A DNA stretch of 62,603 bases, filler included. It is 9 parts of 9 records of this genome, joined end to end, with 100 filler letters (N's around TTAATTAATTAA, not from the genome) between each part and the next. Parts side by side here need not be neighbours in the genome. Positions count along the whole stretch, not along the records: positions 51,828 to 54,971 come from SRR20825010_458; positions 55,072 to 58,428 come from SRR20825010_470; positions 58,529 to 62,603 come from SRR20825010_488; 6 more parts are not named here. The stretch is one strand, 5' to 3'. Both the position numbers and the translations under genes were made by a program. How positions within the stretch are numbered: the stretch's first letter is position 1; each line of letters starts with the position of its first letter. This document shows positions 53,256 to 62,603 of the stretch, piece by piece. The notes under the pieces were generated by a model. It was given only the letters and a program-made list of their open reading frames with translations, was not told where the DNA came from and ran no database searches.

Positions 53256-53507
53256 TATCACAGGCAATTTCAGCCTGATTTCCGCCCTGCGGCAACGGGC
53301 GAAAAGCCTAGGTTTCCAGTGTTCTCTCTGCTATAGTGGCGCATGGTCTCCTGCACCGGCCTGAATTTCGATTCAAGGTTATGAATCAAATTCTTAGGCT
53401 GTTGGCGGAATTGCCGGTTCCGGGGAGAATTATATTGATGTAACCGGCCTTTATCGGGCATAATGACAGCCCTTTTTGAGTAACCTATTTGAAGCCTGAT
53501 TGAGCCA

Positions 53508-54626
53508 ATGAAACTGACAATTGAACGCTCCGCTTTGCTATCGTCCTTGAGCCATGTGCAAAGCGTTGTCGAACGCCGCAACACAATCCCGATCCTCGCC
53601 AATATACTGATAAATGCGCGGGACGGGTTTCTTGGCCTGACGGCAACAGATCTTGATATTGCGATCAATGAAAAGGTCGCCGCGAATATTGGAACCGAAG
53701 GGGCGACAACCGTCCCGGCCCATCTCCTTTATGACATCATCCGCAAGCTGCCCGAAGGCAGTCAGGTGGAGCTTGACCACAACGCAGCGGAAGAACGGAT
53801 CTATGTGCGCTGCGGCCAGTCGAAATTCGCACTCGCCTGCCTGCCGCAGGATGACTTCCCGGTGATGGAAACCAATCAGCTGCCGCATAATTTCGTGCTG
53901 GCCGCGAATATCCTGAAGCGCCTGATCGACAAAACCCGCTTCGCCATCTCAACGGAAGAGACCCGCTATTACCTGAACGGGATCTATCTGCATGCGGCGG
54001 AGACGGACGGCGTGCCCATGCTGCGCGCGGTGGCGACGGACGGCCATCGCCTTGCCCGGGTCGAAACCCCGATCCCGTCGGATGCGGAAGGCATGCCGGG
54101 CGTGATTGTGCCGCGCAAAGCCGTGAGCGAAGTACTCCGCCTGATTGACGAGCGGGACGAACCGGTCGCGATTTCCCTCTCGGAGACTAAAATCTGCTTT
54201 TCCTTCGGCGATACGATCCTGACGTCAAAACTGATCGATGGCACGTTCCCGGACTATGAGCGGGTCATCCCGGAAGGCAACGACAAGGTGCTTGAGCTGG
54301 ATGGCAAGTCCTTCGCCCAGGCCGTTGACCGTGTGTCCACGGTTGCAACCGAGAAAACCCGCGCCATCAAACTCTCCCTGAGTGGCAATCTGATCACCCT
54401 CTCTGCGACCGGGGCAGAGGCAGGAAGCGCCACGGAGGAAGTTGCGGCTTCCTACGGGTCGGATGAAATGGAAATCGGCTTCAACTCAAAATACCTGCTG
54501 GATATCACCGGTCAGATCGATGGCGAGAATGCCCGCTTTCTTTTTGCCGATGCGGGATCGCCGACCATCGTCAAGGACAGCGCCGATGAAGGGGCGCTCT
54601 ATGTCCTGATGCCGATGCGGGTGTGA
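53508..54626 (+). CDS. dnaN: DNA polymerase III beta clamp
   Basis: VERRNTIPILAN, TEETRYYLNG, ATDGHRLA, KLIDGTFPDY, VLMPMRV. Confidence 0.98.
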   Translation: MKLTIERSALLSSLSHVQSVVERRNTIPILANILINARDGFLGLTATDLDIAINEKVAANIGTEGATTVPAHLLYDIIRKLPEGSQVELDHNAAEERIYVRCGQSKFALACLPQDDFPVMETNQLPHNFVLAANILKRLIDKTRFAISTEETRYYLNGIYLHAAETDGVPMLRAVATDGHRLARVETPIPSDAEGMPGVIVPRKAVSEVLRLIDERDEPVAISLSETKICFSFGDTILTSKLIDGTFPDYERVIPEGNDKVLELDGKSFAQAVDRVSTVATEKTRAIKLSLSGNLITLSATGAEAGSATEEVAASYGSDEMEIGFNSKYLLDITGQIDGENARFLFADAGSPTIVKDSADEGALYVLMPMRV

Positions 54627-54695
54627 TATGGCGGCCCTGACAGCACCGTGAGTCATCGGCCCGGGACAATGGGTGTCGCCATAGAGGAGCCATTT

Positions 54696-54971
54696 GTGTC
54701 GGCCTATGTTATTACGCGCCTGATTTTGACTGATTTTCGCAATTATACGCATTTGAAGGTTGAAGCGGATTACCGTCCTGTCGTTCTGACGGGCGCGAAC
54801 GGCAGCGGCAAAACCAACCTTCTGGAAGCGATCTCTTTCCTCACGCCGGGGCGGGGATTGCGGCGGGCAAAACTGACGGAGGCCGCGAATATAAAGGGCA
54901 GCGGCAGCTGGGCAGTGGCGGCGGATGTAACGTCGGATGCAGGAATGAGCACGCTTGGCACGGGTGTGATT
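54696..54971 (+). CDS. recF: RecF (3'-truncated, GTG start)
   Basis: LTDFRNY, GANGSGKTNLLEAISFLTPGRGLR; SD GAGGAG. Confidence 0.95.
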
Positions 54972-55071
54972 NNNNNNNNNNNNNNNNNNNNNNNNNNNNN
55001 NNNNNNNNNNNNNNNTTAATTAATTAANNNNNNNNNNNNNNNNNNNNNNNNNNNNNNNNNNNNNNNNNNNN
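54972..55071. other. Artificial contig linker
   Basis: N-run + TTAATTAATTAA + N-run. Confidence 0.98.
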
Positions 55072-55503
55072 ATCATGCCGGGCAAGGTCAACCCGACCCA
55101 GTCCGAATCCCTGACGCAGGTTTGTGCCCAGATCATGGGCAATCACACCACCATCACCGTCGCCGGTGCCACGGGGCATTTCGAGCTGAATGTCTTCAAG
55201 CCGGTGATGATTTTCAATCTGTTGCAATCGATCAGGTTGCTGGCTGATGGCACACGCAGCTTTTCCAACAACTGCGTGAACGGGATCGAGGCCAATAAAG
55301 AGCGCATTCAGCAACTGATGGAGCAGTCCCTGATGCTGGTGACGGCGCTTAATCCGCATATCGGCTACGACAAGGCGGCCCAGATCGCGAAGAAGGCCTT
55401 CAATGACGGCTCCAGCCTCAAGCAGGCGGCAACGGCTCTCGGACATCTGACGGCCGAGCAGTATGACGAATGGGTTCGGCCGGAGAACATGGTCGGGAAG
55501 TAA
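55072..55503 (+). CDS. fumC: Class II fumarate hydratase (5'-truncated)
   Basis: [35 protein letters not shown]. Confidence 0.93.
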   Translation: MMPGKVNPTQSESLTQVCAQIMGNHTTITVAGATGHFELNVFKPVMIFNLLQSIRLLADGTRSFSNNCVNGIEANKERIQQLMEQSLMLVTALNPHIGYDKAAQIAKKAFNDGSSLKQAATALGHLTAEQYDEWVRPENMVGK

Positions 55504-55532
55504 GCTCAAGCGTCGCAGGATTGTTTCCGAAT

Positions 55533-55573
55533 AGTCGAGCGCCGGTGGGTTTCCCCCGGCGCTCGGCTTTTTT
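55533..55573 (+). terminator. Intrinsic terminator after fumC
   Basis: AGTCGAGCGCCGG...CCGGCGCTCGGCT followed by a T run. Confidence 0.75.
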
Positions 55574-56298
55574 CAGGCTTCGGCTTCTTTTTCCAGGGCG
55601 CGGCGCGCGACGAGCCAGGCACGCCAATAATTGAAGGTGCCGCCAAGGACGAACAATGCGCTGCCGATCACGAAAAGCCAGGCGAGATAGGTGCCGAGGA
55701 TGTACCGGTCGGCGCGGCTTTCCAGGGACCAGAGATAGGGTACGGAAGCAACGCAGAACAACACCGAGCCGATGACAAAGCTGATCGCCGTCAGGTTCAG
55801 AAGCTGAAGCGTCTTCATGTTTGCGGCGAAAACGATTTGCAGGACATTGATGACCGCACCGGCGACGAACAGAGCGGAGCCTACGAGAAAGCACCAGGCG
55901 CCACCTTCGATCCAGGCGATTTCCGACAGGAAGAAGGCGCTGCCGATGGTGAACAGGATGGTGCCCGCTAGATAGGCGAAAGCCGCCGAGAGGTCCAGCC
56001 TCTGGCGCAGATTTGTGCCTTTCTTACCGGCACTGCAAGTTTTCATGACCTCGGCAAAATCGTGCCCGGTTACCAGCAGATAAAGGACCGAGCCGAGTAG
56101 AAAGGCCGTGGAGCCGAGATCCTGCCAGTCCGAGAAGGCGGGAAAGAAAAAGATGCTGCCGAGGACGAAGACGGCGCCACCGAAGAGATAAACCACGGCA
56201 TTTATTGTCTCCCAGCGAAAGTGATGATGCGCGTCCGCCTCCTTTTCCTTGTGGAACAGGCCGAGGGCGCGTGGACGGTTCGAGAAGAAGTGGGGCAT
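55573..56298 (-). CDS. YrhK-family membrane protein (repeated helical-hairpin units)
   Basis: Three similar units: FVLGSIFF..FLLGS, FTIGSAFF..FLVGS, FCVAS..FVIGS. Confidence 0.7.
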   Translation of the reverse strand: MPHFFSNRPRALGLFHKEKEADAHHHFRWETINAVVYLFGGAVFVLGSIFFFPAFSDWQDLGSTAFLLGSVLYLLVTGHDFAEVMKTCSAGKKGTNLRQRLDLSAAFAYLAGTILFTIGSAFFLSEIAWIEGGAWCFLVGSALFVAGAVINVLQIVFAANMKTLQLLNLTAISFVIGSVLFCVASVPYLWSLESRADRYILGTYLAWLFVIGSALFVLGGTFNYWRAWLVARRALEKEAEA

Positions 56299-56558
56299 CC
56301 GGCCGATCCAGTACGCGGAAATGAAGGTTGCGGGAATTCAGCATTTGACGGCCAGGGGATCAATATTCGCCCCCTCGACAAAGGACCGGTAGGCTTCCGG
56401 GAGACAGTTTATCTGCCGAAACTTTGTCTGTTCAATATCTTAGCGCCTGAAATCAGGTGTCGTATTGACGATAGACCCTCCTCAAAGCTTGACCTAAGCT
56501 AAGTGATACACAACCGATGGGGGATTATTCCGTCGGAATATGAATAGGGGGTATCAGA

Positions 56559-56990
56559 ATGAAGTTAATAATCGGGCTGGATGGCCACGGTTCTGGCGAA
56601 CGCGCATTACAGTTCGGCCAAAATTTGGCTTCGGCGGGGGGGACCTGCGAACTCCTCGTGGTTTACGTGATCGAATGGTCACCCTTCTCCTTTCAAACAG
56701 CGGAAGAAAACGCCCAGCGTCATAAGCGGCGCGAAGAAGAAATCGCCCTGGCGATGGAACGGGTTGTCGCCCCGGCGGTCGACAGCCTGAAAAAGGCGGG
56801 CATGAACGCACGCGGCATGGTCCGGCATGGAAATGTCGCGGACACATTGAACGCCATCGCAAGCGACGAAAAAGCGGATCAGATCATTGTGGGCCGGACT
56901 TCGGAAGGGGGCATTGCCAGCCGCCTTTTCGGCAGTGTCACGGCAAATCTGGTCATGCATGCGGACGTGCCGGTAACGGTCGTTGCTTAA
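56559..56990 (+). CDS. Universal stress protein
   Basis: IIGLDG, IIVGR..RLFGSV..VPVTVV. Confidence 0.92.
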   Translation: MKLIIGLDGHGSGERALQFGQNLASAGGTCELLVVYVIEWSPFSFQTAEENAQRHKRREEEIALAMERVVAPAVDSLKKAGMNARGMVRHGNVADTLNAIASDEKADQIIVGRTSEGGIASRLFGSVTANLVMHADVPVTVVA

Positions 56991-57006
56991 AGGGAGGGGG
57001 CTCGTA

Positions 57007-58428
57007 ATGAAACGATTTAATCTTGGGGCAATGTTCGCATTGCTCGTGGGGGTGATCAGCACCCCGGCTCTGGCGCAGGAAGCTGAAAGCCTGGACGCAA
57101 AGGTGAATGCGATCTTCGCAACGGTAACCGGCCCGTTCGTCAGTCTTATCTTCGCCCCGATCCCGGGAACCAGTTTTCCCTGGATCGTGATGTGGCTTGT
57201 GATCGCCGCGACGATCTTCACGCTGTATTTCGGTTTCGTCCAGTTCCGCTTCTTCAGGCACTCCATCGAGCTTGTGAAGGGTGACTATTCCGACCCGAAC
57301 GATGCCGGTGAGGTCAGTCACTTCCAGGCCCTTGCCACTGCGTTGTCCGGTACGGTCGGCCTCGGCAACATCGCCGGTGTTGCCGTTGCCGTCGGGATCG
57401 GCGGTCCGGGGGCGACCTTCTGGATGATCCTGGCCGGTCTGATGGGCATGGCTTCCAAGTTCACCGAATGTACGCTCGGCGTGAAGTACCGGAACGAATA
57501 TGCGGACGGCACGGTCTCCGGTGGTCCGATGTATTACATCTCCAAGGGTTTTGCCGAAAAAGGGCTTCCAGGGGGCAAGATCCTGGCGGTCCTGTTCGCG
57601 ATCTTCTGCATTCTGGGTGCGCTCGGGGGCGGGAACATGTTCCAGGCCAATCAGGCCCATGCCCAGATCTCCGGCATCGTTGGCGATTTCCCGGGCTGGA
57701 TCACCGGTCTGGTCTTTGCCGCTGTCGTCTTCCTCGTCATCGTTGGTGGCGTGAAGTCGATTGCCCGCGTGACCGAGAAGGTCGTGCCGTTCATGGGCAT
57801 TCTCTATGTCACGGCGGCGATCATCATCCTGATCGTGAATTACCAGAATATCGGCTGGGCTTTCGGGCAGATCTTTGAGGGTGCCTTCACCGGGCTCGGG
57901 ATTGCCGGCGGTTTCGTCGGGGCCCTGATTCAGGGCTTCAAGCGGGCCGCTTTCTCGAATGAGGCGGGCGTCGGCTCGGCCGCAATCGCGCACTCCGCTG
58001 TCCGCACGAAGGAGCCGATCACCGAAGGCTTCGTCTCCTTGCTGGAGCCGTTTATCGATACGGTTGTCATCTGCACGATGACGGCCCTGGTGATCACGAT
58101 CTCCGGTCAGCTGATCTCTGACCCGGCAACGGGGAACTATGTGCTGGACGGTTCGTACATCGCGACGGTGGACGGGAATACGGGTGTTGCCCTGACATCG
58201 GCGGCCTTTGGATCGGCGATCAGTTGGTTCCCGTATGTATTGGCCATCGCAGTCATCTTGTTCGCATTCTCGACCATGATCTCCTGGTCCTATTACGGCC
58301 TGAAGAGCTGGACCTACCTGTTCGGCGAAGGGAAAACAGCAGAGCTCGTCTTCAAGCTCCTGTTCTGTGTGTTCGTCGTGATCGGGGCCGCGGCTAATCT
58401 TGGCCCGGTGATCGACTTCTCCGACGCG
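57007..58428 (+). CDS. Alanine/glycine:cation symporter (AGCS; 3'-truncated)
   Basis: FQALATALSGTVGLGNIAGVA, GGPGATFWM, GGPMYY, FSNEAGVGSA, PFIDT. Confidence 0.95.
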
Positions 58429-58528
58429 NNNNNNNNNNNNNNNNNNNNNNNNNNNNNNNNNNNNNNNNNNNNTTAATTAATTAANNNNNNNNNNNNNNNN
58501 NNNNNNNNNNNNNNNNNNNNNNNNNNNN
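58429..58528. other. Artificial contig linker
   Basis: N-run + TTAATTAATTAA + N-run. Confidence 0.98.
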
Positions 58529-59408
58529 ATGCCACCGCCTCCTGCAGCAGCGCGTCGAGCCGCGGCGCCATGAAAGCCAGGTCATCCTGATCCTTCAACG
58601 CCACGCCGATCGCCCGGGCAAAGGCGCGCGGCCAGGGAACGCCCTGGCTGTGAAGCAGCGTCGCGGCCTGGGCCCATTCCACCGTCTCGGCGACTCCGGG
58701 CGGCTTGGCGAGCGGCTCGGCCCTCAGGCCGCCGACCGCCGCGACCACCTTGCGCGCGGTGTCCTGCGCCACGGTCGACGCCCGCATCATAACGATCCGC
58801 GCCTCGAGTTCAGGCGCCGGGTAATCGATCCAGTGATAGACGCAGCGCCGGCGAAGCGCCTCGTGCAATTCCCGGGTGCGGTTGGAGGTCAGGACAACAA
58901 CCGGCGGCTCGCTGGCGCGGATTGTGCCGCGCTCGGGGATCGAAACCGTGAAATCCGACAGGAACTCGAGCAGGAATGCCTCGAACTCGTGATCGGCGCG
59001 ATCGATTTCGTCAATCAGCAAGACCCGTTGCGTCGGTGCCTGCAGGGCCTGCAGGATCGGTCGGGCAATCAGGAATTCGTCGGCGTAGAGATTGATGTGG
59101 TTGTCGCCCGCCTGGCGGATCGCCAGCATCTGGCGCGGGAAATTCCATTCATACATCGCCGCGGCCGCGTCGATGCCTTCATAGCATTGCAGGCGAACCA
59201 GTTCCCGGCCGAGCACAGAGGCCAGCGCTTTCGCCGCCTCGGTCTTGCCAACGCCGGGCGCGCCCTCCAGCAGGAGTGGTTTTCCCAATGCCAGTGCCAG
59301 ATAGGCGGATGTGGCCAGTCCCTCATCGGCAATATACTGCGCGTCGCGCAGGCCCAGCGCCAGCGGCTCGGGACCATCAAGGCCGAGTATGCTGGACCGG
59401 ATCGCCAT
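58529..59408 (-). CDS. MoxR/CoxD-type AAA+ ATPase (cut at or near its stop)
   Basis: LLLEGAPGVGKT, RLQCYEG, LLIDEIDR, LTSNRTRELHEALRRRC. Confidence 0.92.
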
Positions 59409-60433
59409 CAGAGCGCCTTGCGCGGCCGTGCACCGCCTATCGCCTTGAGCCCGCGCAAGACCTTTTCCGGCGTGACCGGCAGATCGTCGATGCGCACGCC
59501 GATCGCGTCATAGACCGCGTTGACCACGGCCGGCAGCACCGGATTGGCGCACATTTCGCCCGGGCCCTTGCCGCCATAGGGACCATCGGGCGCCGGGCGT
59601 TCCAGCACCGAGATGTGGTGTGGCGCCAGGTCACCCGGACCCGGCATCAGGTAGGAGTTGAAATCCTTCGGGCCATGTTCGCGCGACGGGTAGTAGGGCT
59701 CGGTGGTTTCCCAGATCGCGTGGCTCATGCCCATCCAGGCACCGCCGCGCAGTTGCTGCTCGACCAGTTTCGGGTTGAGCGCGCGTCCCACTTCATAGGC
59801 GGATTGCATGTCGAGGACTGCCACCTCGCCGGTCTCGTCATCGACCTCGACTTCCACAAGCATCGCCGCATGGGCAAAACAGGACACCGGGGTCATTTCG
59901 CCGGTCTCTGGATCGACTTCCGACAGGGGGATCAGGAAGATCCCGCGTCCGGCGATGGTGCGGCCCTGCTTGAACTGGGCCGCCTGCGCCGCAGCCATGG
60001 TGGTGATCGAGCGCGATGGCGCGCCCTTGACGTGGATATTGCCGCGCCCGTCGGTGACCAGGTCTGCTGCATCGACTTCCAGTTCCTCGGCCGCGGCCTC
60101 CAGCATCACCGAGCGCGCTTCAAGCGAGGCCTGGATGACGGCGTTGCCCATCCGGTGAGTGCCGCGCGAGGCGAACGATCCCATGTCGTGGGGGCCGGTA
60201 TCGCTGTCGGCGGTGTCGACATAGACATCCTCGATCGGCACGCCGAGCGTTTCGGCCGCGATCTGCCGGGTGACGGATTTCATCCCCTGCCCCAGGTCGA
60301 TTGCAGAGAGCGCCACGGTGAACTTGCCGTCCGGATTGGAATGAACCAACGCCTGGCTCGGGTCGCCGCCCAGGTTCATGCCGATGGGATAGTTGATTGC
60401 CGCGAAGCCGCGGCCACGGTGGAGTACCATCAT
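59408..60433 (-). CDS. Molybdenum hydroxylase medium Mo-binding subunit (NdhM-like; start 60433 or 60430)
   Basis: RGRG, DLGQG..QIAAE, GSFASR, QQLRGG, GGKGPGE (catalytic Glu); SD AGGAGG. Confidence 0.88.
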   Translation of the reverse strand: MMVLHRGRGFAAINYPIGMNLGGDPSQALVHSNPDGKFTVALSAIDLGQGMKSVTRQIAAETLGVPIEDVYVDTADSDTGPHDMGSFASRGTHRMGNAVIQASLEARSVMLEAAAEELEVDAADLVTDGRGNIHVKGAPSRSITTMAAAQAAQFKQGRTIAGRGIFLIPLSEVDPETGEMTPVSCFAHAAMLVEVEVDDETGEVAVLDMQSAYEVGRALNPKLVEQQLRGGAWMGMSHAIWETTEPYYPSREHGPKDFNSYLMPGPGDLAPHHISVLERPAPDGPYGGKGPGEMCANPVLPAVVNAVYDAIGVRIDDLPVTPEKVLRGLKAIGGARPRKAL

Positions 60434-62115
60434 CGCCTCCTGAAGCCGGATAGAGAGGAAAACCGCATCGCACCGGGTCGCGACGAAGCAGGCCTCGATG
60501 GCGACGCCGGATTTGGCGGCGCCGGCGGCGCGGCAGGCTGAGCCGGTGCGGAAGCCGACGGTGCGGGACGTGCGGGCGGTTGTTGCGTCACCGCCGATGG
60601 CGGCGGCGCTTGAGGCGTCCGCGCTGGCTGTGATTGCCGATCCCCGCCGGATGAGGTTTTCCTGGCGTAGGAGCCGGTGTCGAAACCCTCGACCTTTCCA
60701 TTCTGGTCGGTGGCCGTGAAATTGGGAATCCGCCCCCGCTCGCCGCCGCCACCGGTCAGCGATGTCGCCGCAAGCGCCTCGGCCGACAGTTTCACACCTG
60801 CCTTTTCGGCAACCACCTGGCAGCATTCAACCAGCGCGCAGTTCTTCGCCTCGCGCCGGTGCGCCTTCATGTCGCCATCGCGGTAGCTGTTGAGAATGCG
60901 CAGCTCGATCGGGTTGATCCCGACCGTTTCGGCCACCTTGTCCATGTGGTTTTCGATGGCGAAATCGACACCAGTGATACCGAACCCGCGCATTGCCGTC
61001 GCCGGTGTCCGGTTGGTGTAGACGCAATAGACGTCGGCATAGACATTGGGGATCGTATACGGCCCCGGCAAGTGTCCGACGCCCTTGATGATCGCGTAGG
61101 ACGAAAGCCTTGTGTAGGCGCCGCTGTCGAAATAGCCGATGAACTTGCGGGCGGTGATCCGGCCATCTTTGGCGACCGCATCCTTGATGTACCAGCGTTC
61201 GGCCCCGCGCGGCGCGCCGACCTGCATCTCCTCCTCCCGGTCCCAGGCATATTTGCAGGGGCGGCCCGTCAGCATCGCGCCGAGAATGGCCAGCGGCTCA
61301 TGGATCGAATCCACCTTGCCGCCAAACCCGCCGCCCACCGTGCCGCCGATGAAGTGCAGCTTTGACGATGGCGTTTGCAGCACCTTCGCGGCCGTCCCGA
61401 GCGAGAAGAACAGCGCCTGGGTGGAGGTGTAGCAGACATAGCGGTCGTTCTGCTCCGGCGCCGCAATGGCGCCGCAGGTCTCGATCGGCGCCTGCTCTAT
61501 CGGGGACATCTGGTAGCGGCCCTCGACGATATGATCCGCGGTCGCGAAGGCCGCCTCGACGTCGCCGAAGCGCAGTTTCTGGTGGTCATACTTGCCGTGG
61601 TAGATGAACTTGTTCTGCGGATAGACCTCGCAGACCGTGGGCGCGCCCGGCTTGATCGCCTCCTCGACATCAAGCACGTGCGGCAGCACCTCCCAGTCGA
61701 CGCGCACCGCCTGAACAGCCGCCCTCGCCTGAGCCTCGGTTGCCGCAATCACGGCCGCCACAGGTTCACCGCGGTAGGCCACCTTCTGGGTCGACAGCAA
61801 CGGTTCGTCATCGATGCCGAAATCGAGCAGGCTCAGCAAGGTGTTCAGATTGGTCGGCACATCACGCCCGGTCAGCACCTTGACGACGCCGGGCATCTTC
61901 TCCGCCTGCGAGGTGTCGATACGGCGAATGCGGGCATGGTGGTGTGGACTGCGTACGCAGCGCAGGTGCAACAACCCGTCAAACAGGTGATCGTCGAAAA
62001 ACGGCGAACGGCCGGTGACATGGCCAAGGATGTCCTGGCGCCGGGTCGGCTTGCCGACCTCGTTGAGATTGTCATCCCGCTCGTCGGCGAAAAACTCCTT
62101 GCGGAACTCGATCAT
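60430..62115 (-). CDS. Molybdenum hydroxylase large Mo-binding subunit (NdhL-like)
   Basis: RSPHHHARI, QAPIE, STQ, VGGGFGGK, GPYTIP, AMRGFG. Confidence 0.9.
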   Translation of the reverse strand: MIEFRKEFFADERDDNLNEVGKPTRRQDILGHVTGRSPFFDDHLFDGLLHLRCVRSPHHHARIRRIDTSQAEKMPGVVKVLTGRDVPTNLNTLLSLLDFGIDDEPLLSTQKVAYRGEPVAAVIAATEAQARAAVQAVRVDWEVLPHVLDVEEAIKPGAPTVCEVYPQNKFIYHGKYDHQKLRFGDVEAAFATADHIVEGRYQMSPIEQAPIETCGAIAAPEQNDRYVCYTSTQALFFSLGTAAKVLQTPSSKLHFIGGTVGGGFGGKVDSIHEPLAILGAMLTGRPCKYAWDREEEMQVGAPRGAERWYIKDAVAKDGRITARKFIGYFDSGAYTRLSSYAIIKGVGHLPGPYTIPNVYADVYCVYTNRTPATAMRGFGITGVDFAIENHMDKVAETVGINPIELRILNSYRDGDMKAHRREAKNCALVECCQVVAEKAGVKLSAEALAATSLTGGGGERGRIPNFTATDQNGKVEGFDTGSYARKTSSGGDRQSQPARTPQAPPPSAVTQQPPARPAPSASAPAQPAAPPAPPNPASPSRPASSRPGAMRFSSLSGFRRR

Positions 62116-62588
62116 GCCCGCACCCTCCCCTCGGCCACGGCAAGGATGGCCGAGATGATCGGCTCATACCCGGTGCAGCGGCACAGATTTCCCGAAATCG
62201 CCTCGATGACTTCGTCGCGTGTCGGGCGCGGATTGTGGTCCAGCAGCGCACGAGCCGATATCAGCATTCCGGGCGTGCAGTAGCCGCACTGGGCGGAGAA
62301 ATGCTCCATGAAGGCGGTTTGCAGCGGATCCAGCGCTCCGGCCGCCAGACCGCTGGCGGTGCGCACCGCCTTGCCGTCGACGGTTTCCGCCAGCACCAGG
62401 CAGGAAAGCTGTGTCTCGCCGTCAATCAGGACCGTGCAGGCCCCGCAGGCGCCCTGGCCGCAGCCATATTTCGGCGACAGATCGCCAACAGCGCGCCTGA
62501 GAAACTCCAGAAGGTTCTGCCCATCATCCGCGAAAGCCGCGCGGTCCTGGCCGTTGAGCGTGAAATTGACCGGTTTCTTCGCCATCAT
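62112..62588 (-). CDS. 2x[2Fe-2S] small subunit (CoxS/NdhS-like)
   Basis: GCGQGACGACTV..SC, QCGYCTPG, GNLCRCTGY. Confidence 0.95.
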   Translation of the reverse strand: MMAKKPVNFTLNGQDRAAFADDGQNLLEFLRRAVGDLSPKYGCGQGACGACTVLIDGETQLSCLVLAETVDGKAVRTASGLAAGALDPLQTAFMEHFSAQCGYCTPGMLISARALLDHNPRPTRDEVIEAISGNLCRCTGYEPIISAILAVAEGRVRA

Positions 62589-62603
62589 CCACGCTCCATC
62601 TGG

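Noticed and set aside
53256-53507. dnaN not preceded by dnaA; possible oriC
   Set aside because: Separation is common in Alphaproteobacteria, and I see no DnaA-box cluster.
60426-60440. Split Mo subunit as a frameshift or pseudogene
   Set aside because: Clean ATGA overlap, strong SD, intact motifs and precedent for L/M splits.

Overview
This window is not one locus. It is a concatenation of nine unrelated contig fragments joined by artificial 100-nt linkers (44 N + TTAATTAATTAA + 44 N). Contigs 1 (1-5890) and 5 (29770-47538) look like Burkholderiales core chromosome (Limnobacter-like by my impression, unverified): ftsA-ftsZ-prx-lpxC-dciA-M23-secA, and purCEK-sua5, panBCD, folK-pcnB, hda, purM, queG-tsaE-amiC-mutL-miaA, erpA. 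The other seven look alphaproteobacterial: (2) acetoacetate-CoA ligase/AsmA; (3) an acs-fused E1ab-E2-ACP operon next to a CueR-type promoter and His-rich metal ATPase start; (4) a 15-kb flagellar/chemotaxis cluster; (6) ribokinase-rmuC-def-fmt with an orphan structured intergenic region; (7) MFS-dnaN-recF; (8) fumC-YrhK-Usp-AGCS; (9) a split-subunit molybdenum hydroxylase with MoxR. Most notable: a G-U-rich three-way-junction RNA element between ftsZ and the peroxiredoxin gene (2216-2348), the 2-oxoacid dehydrogenase/ACP operon, and a terminator-capped candidate sRNA (47766-47915). All family calls come from motif recognition and hand folding, not database searches.
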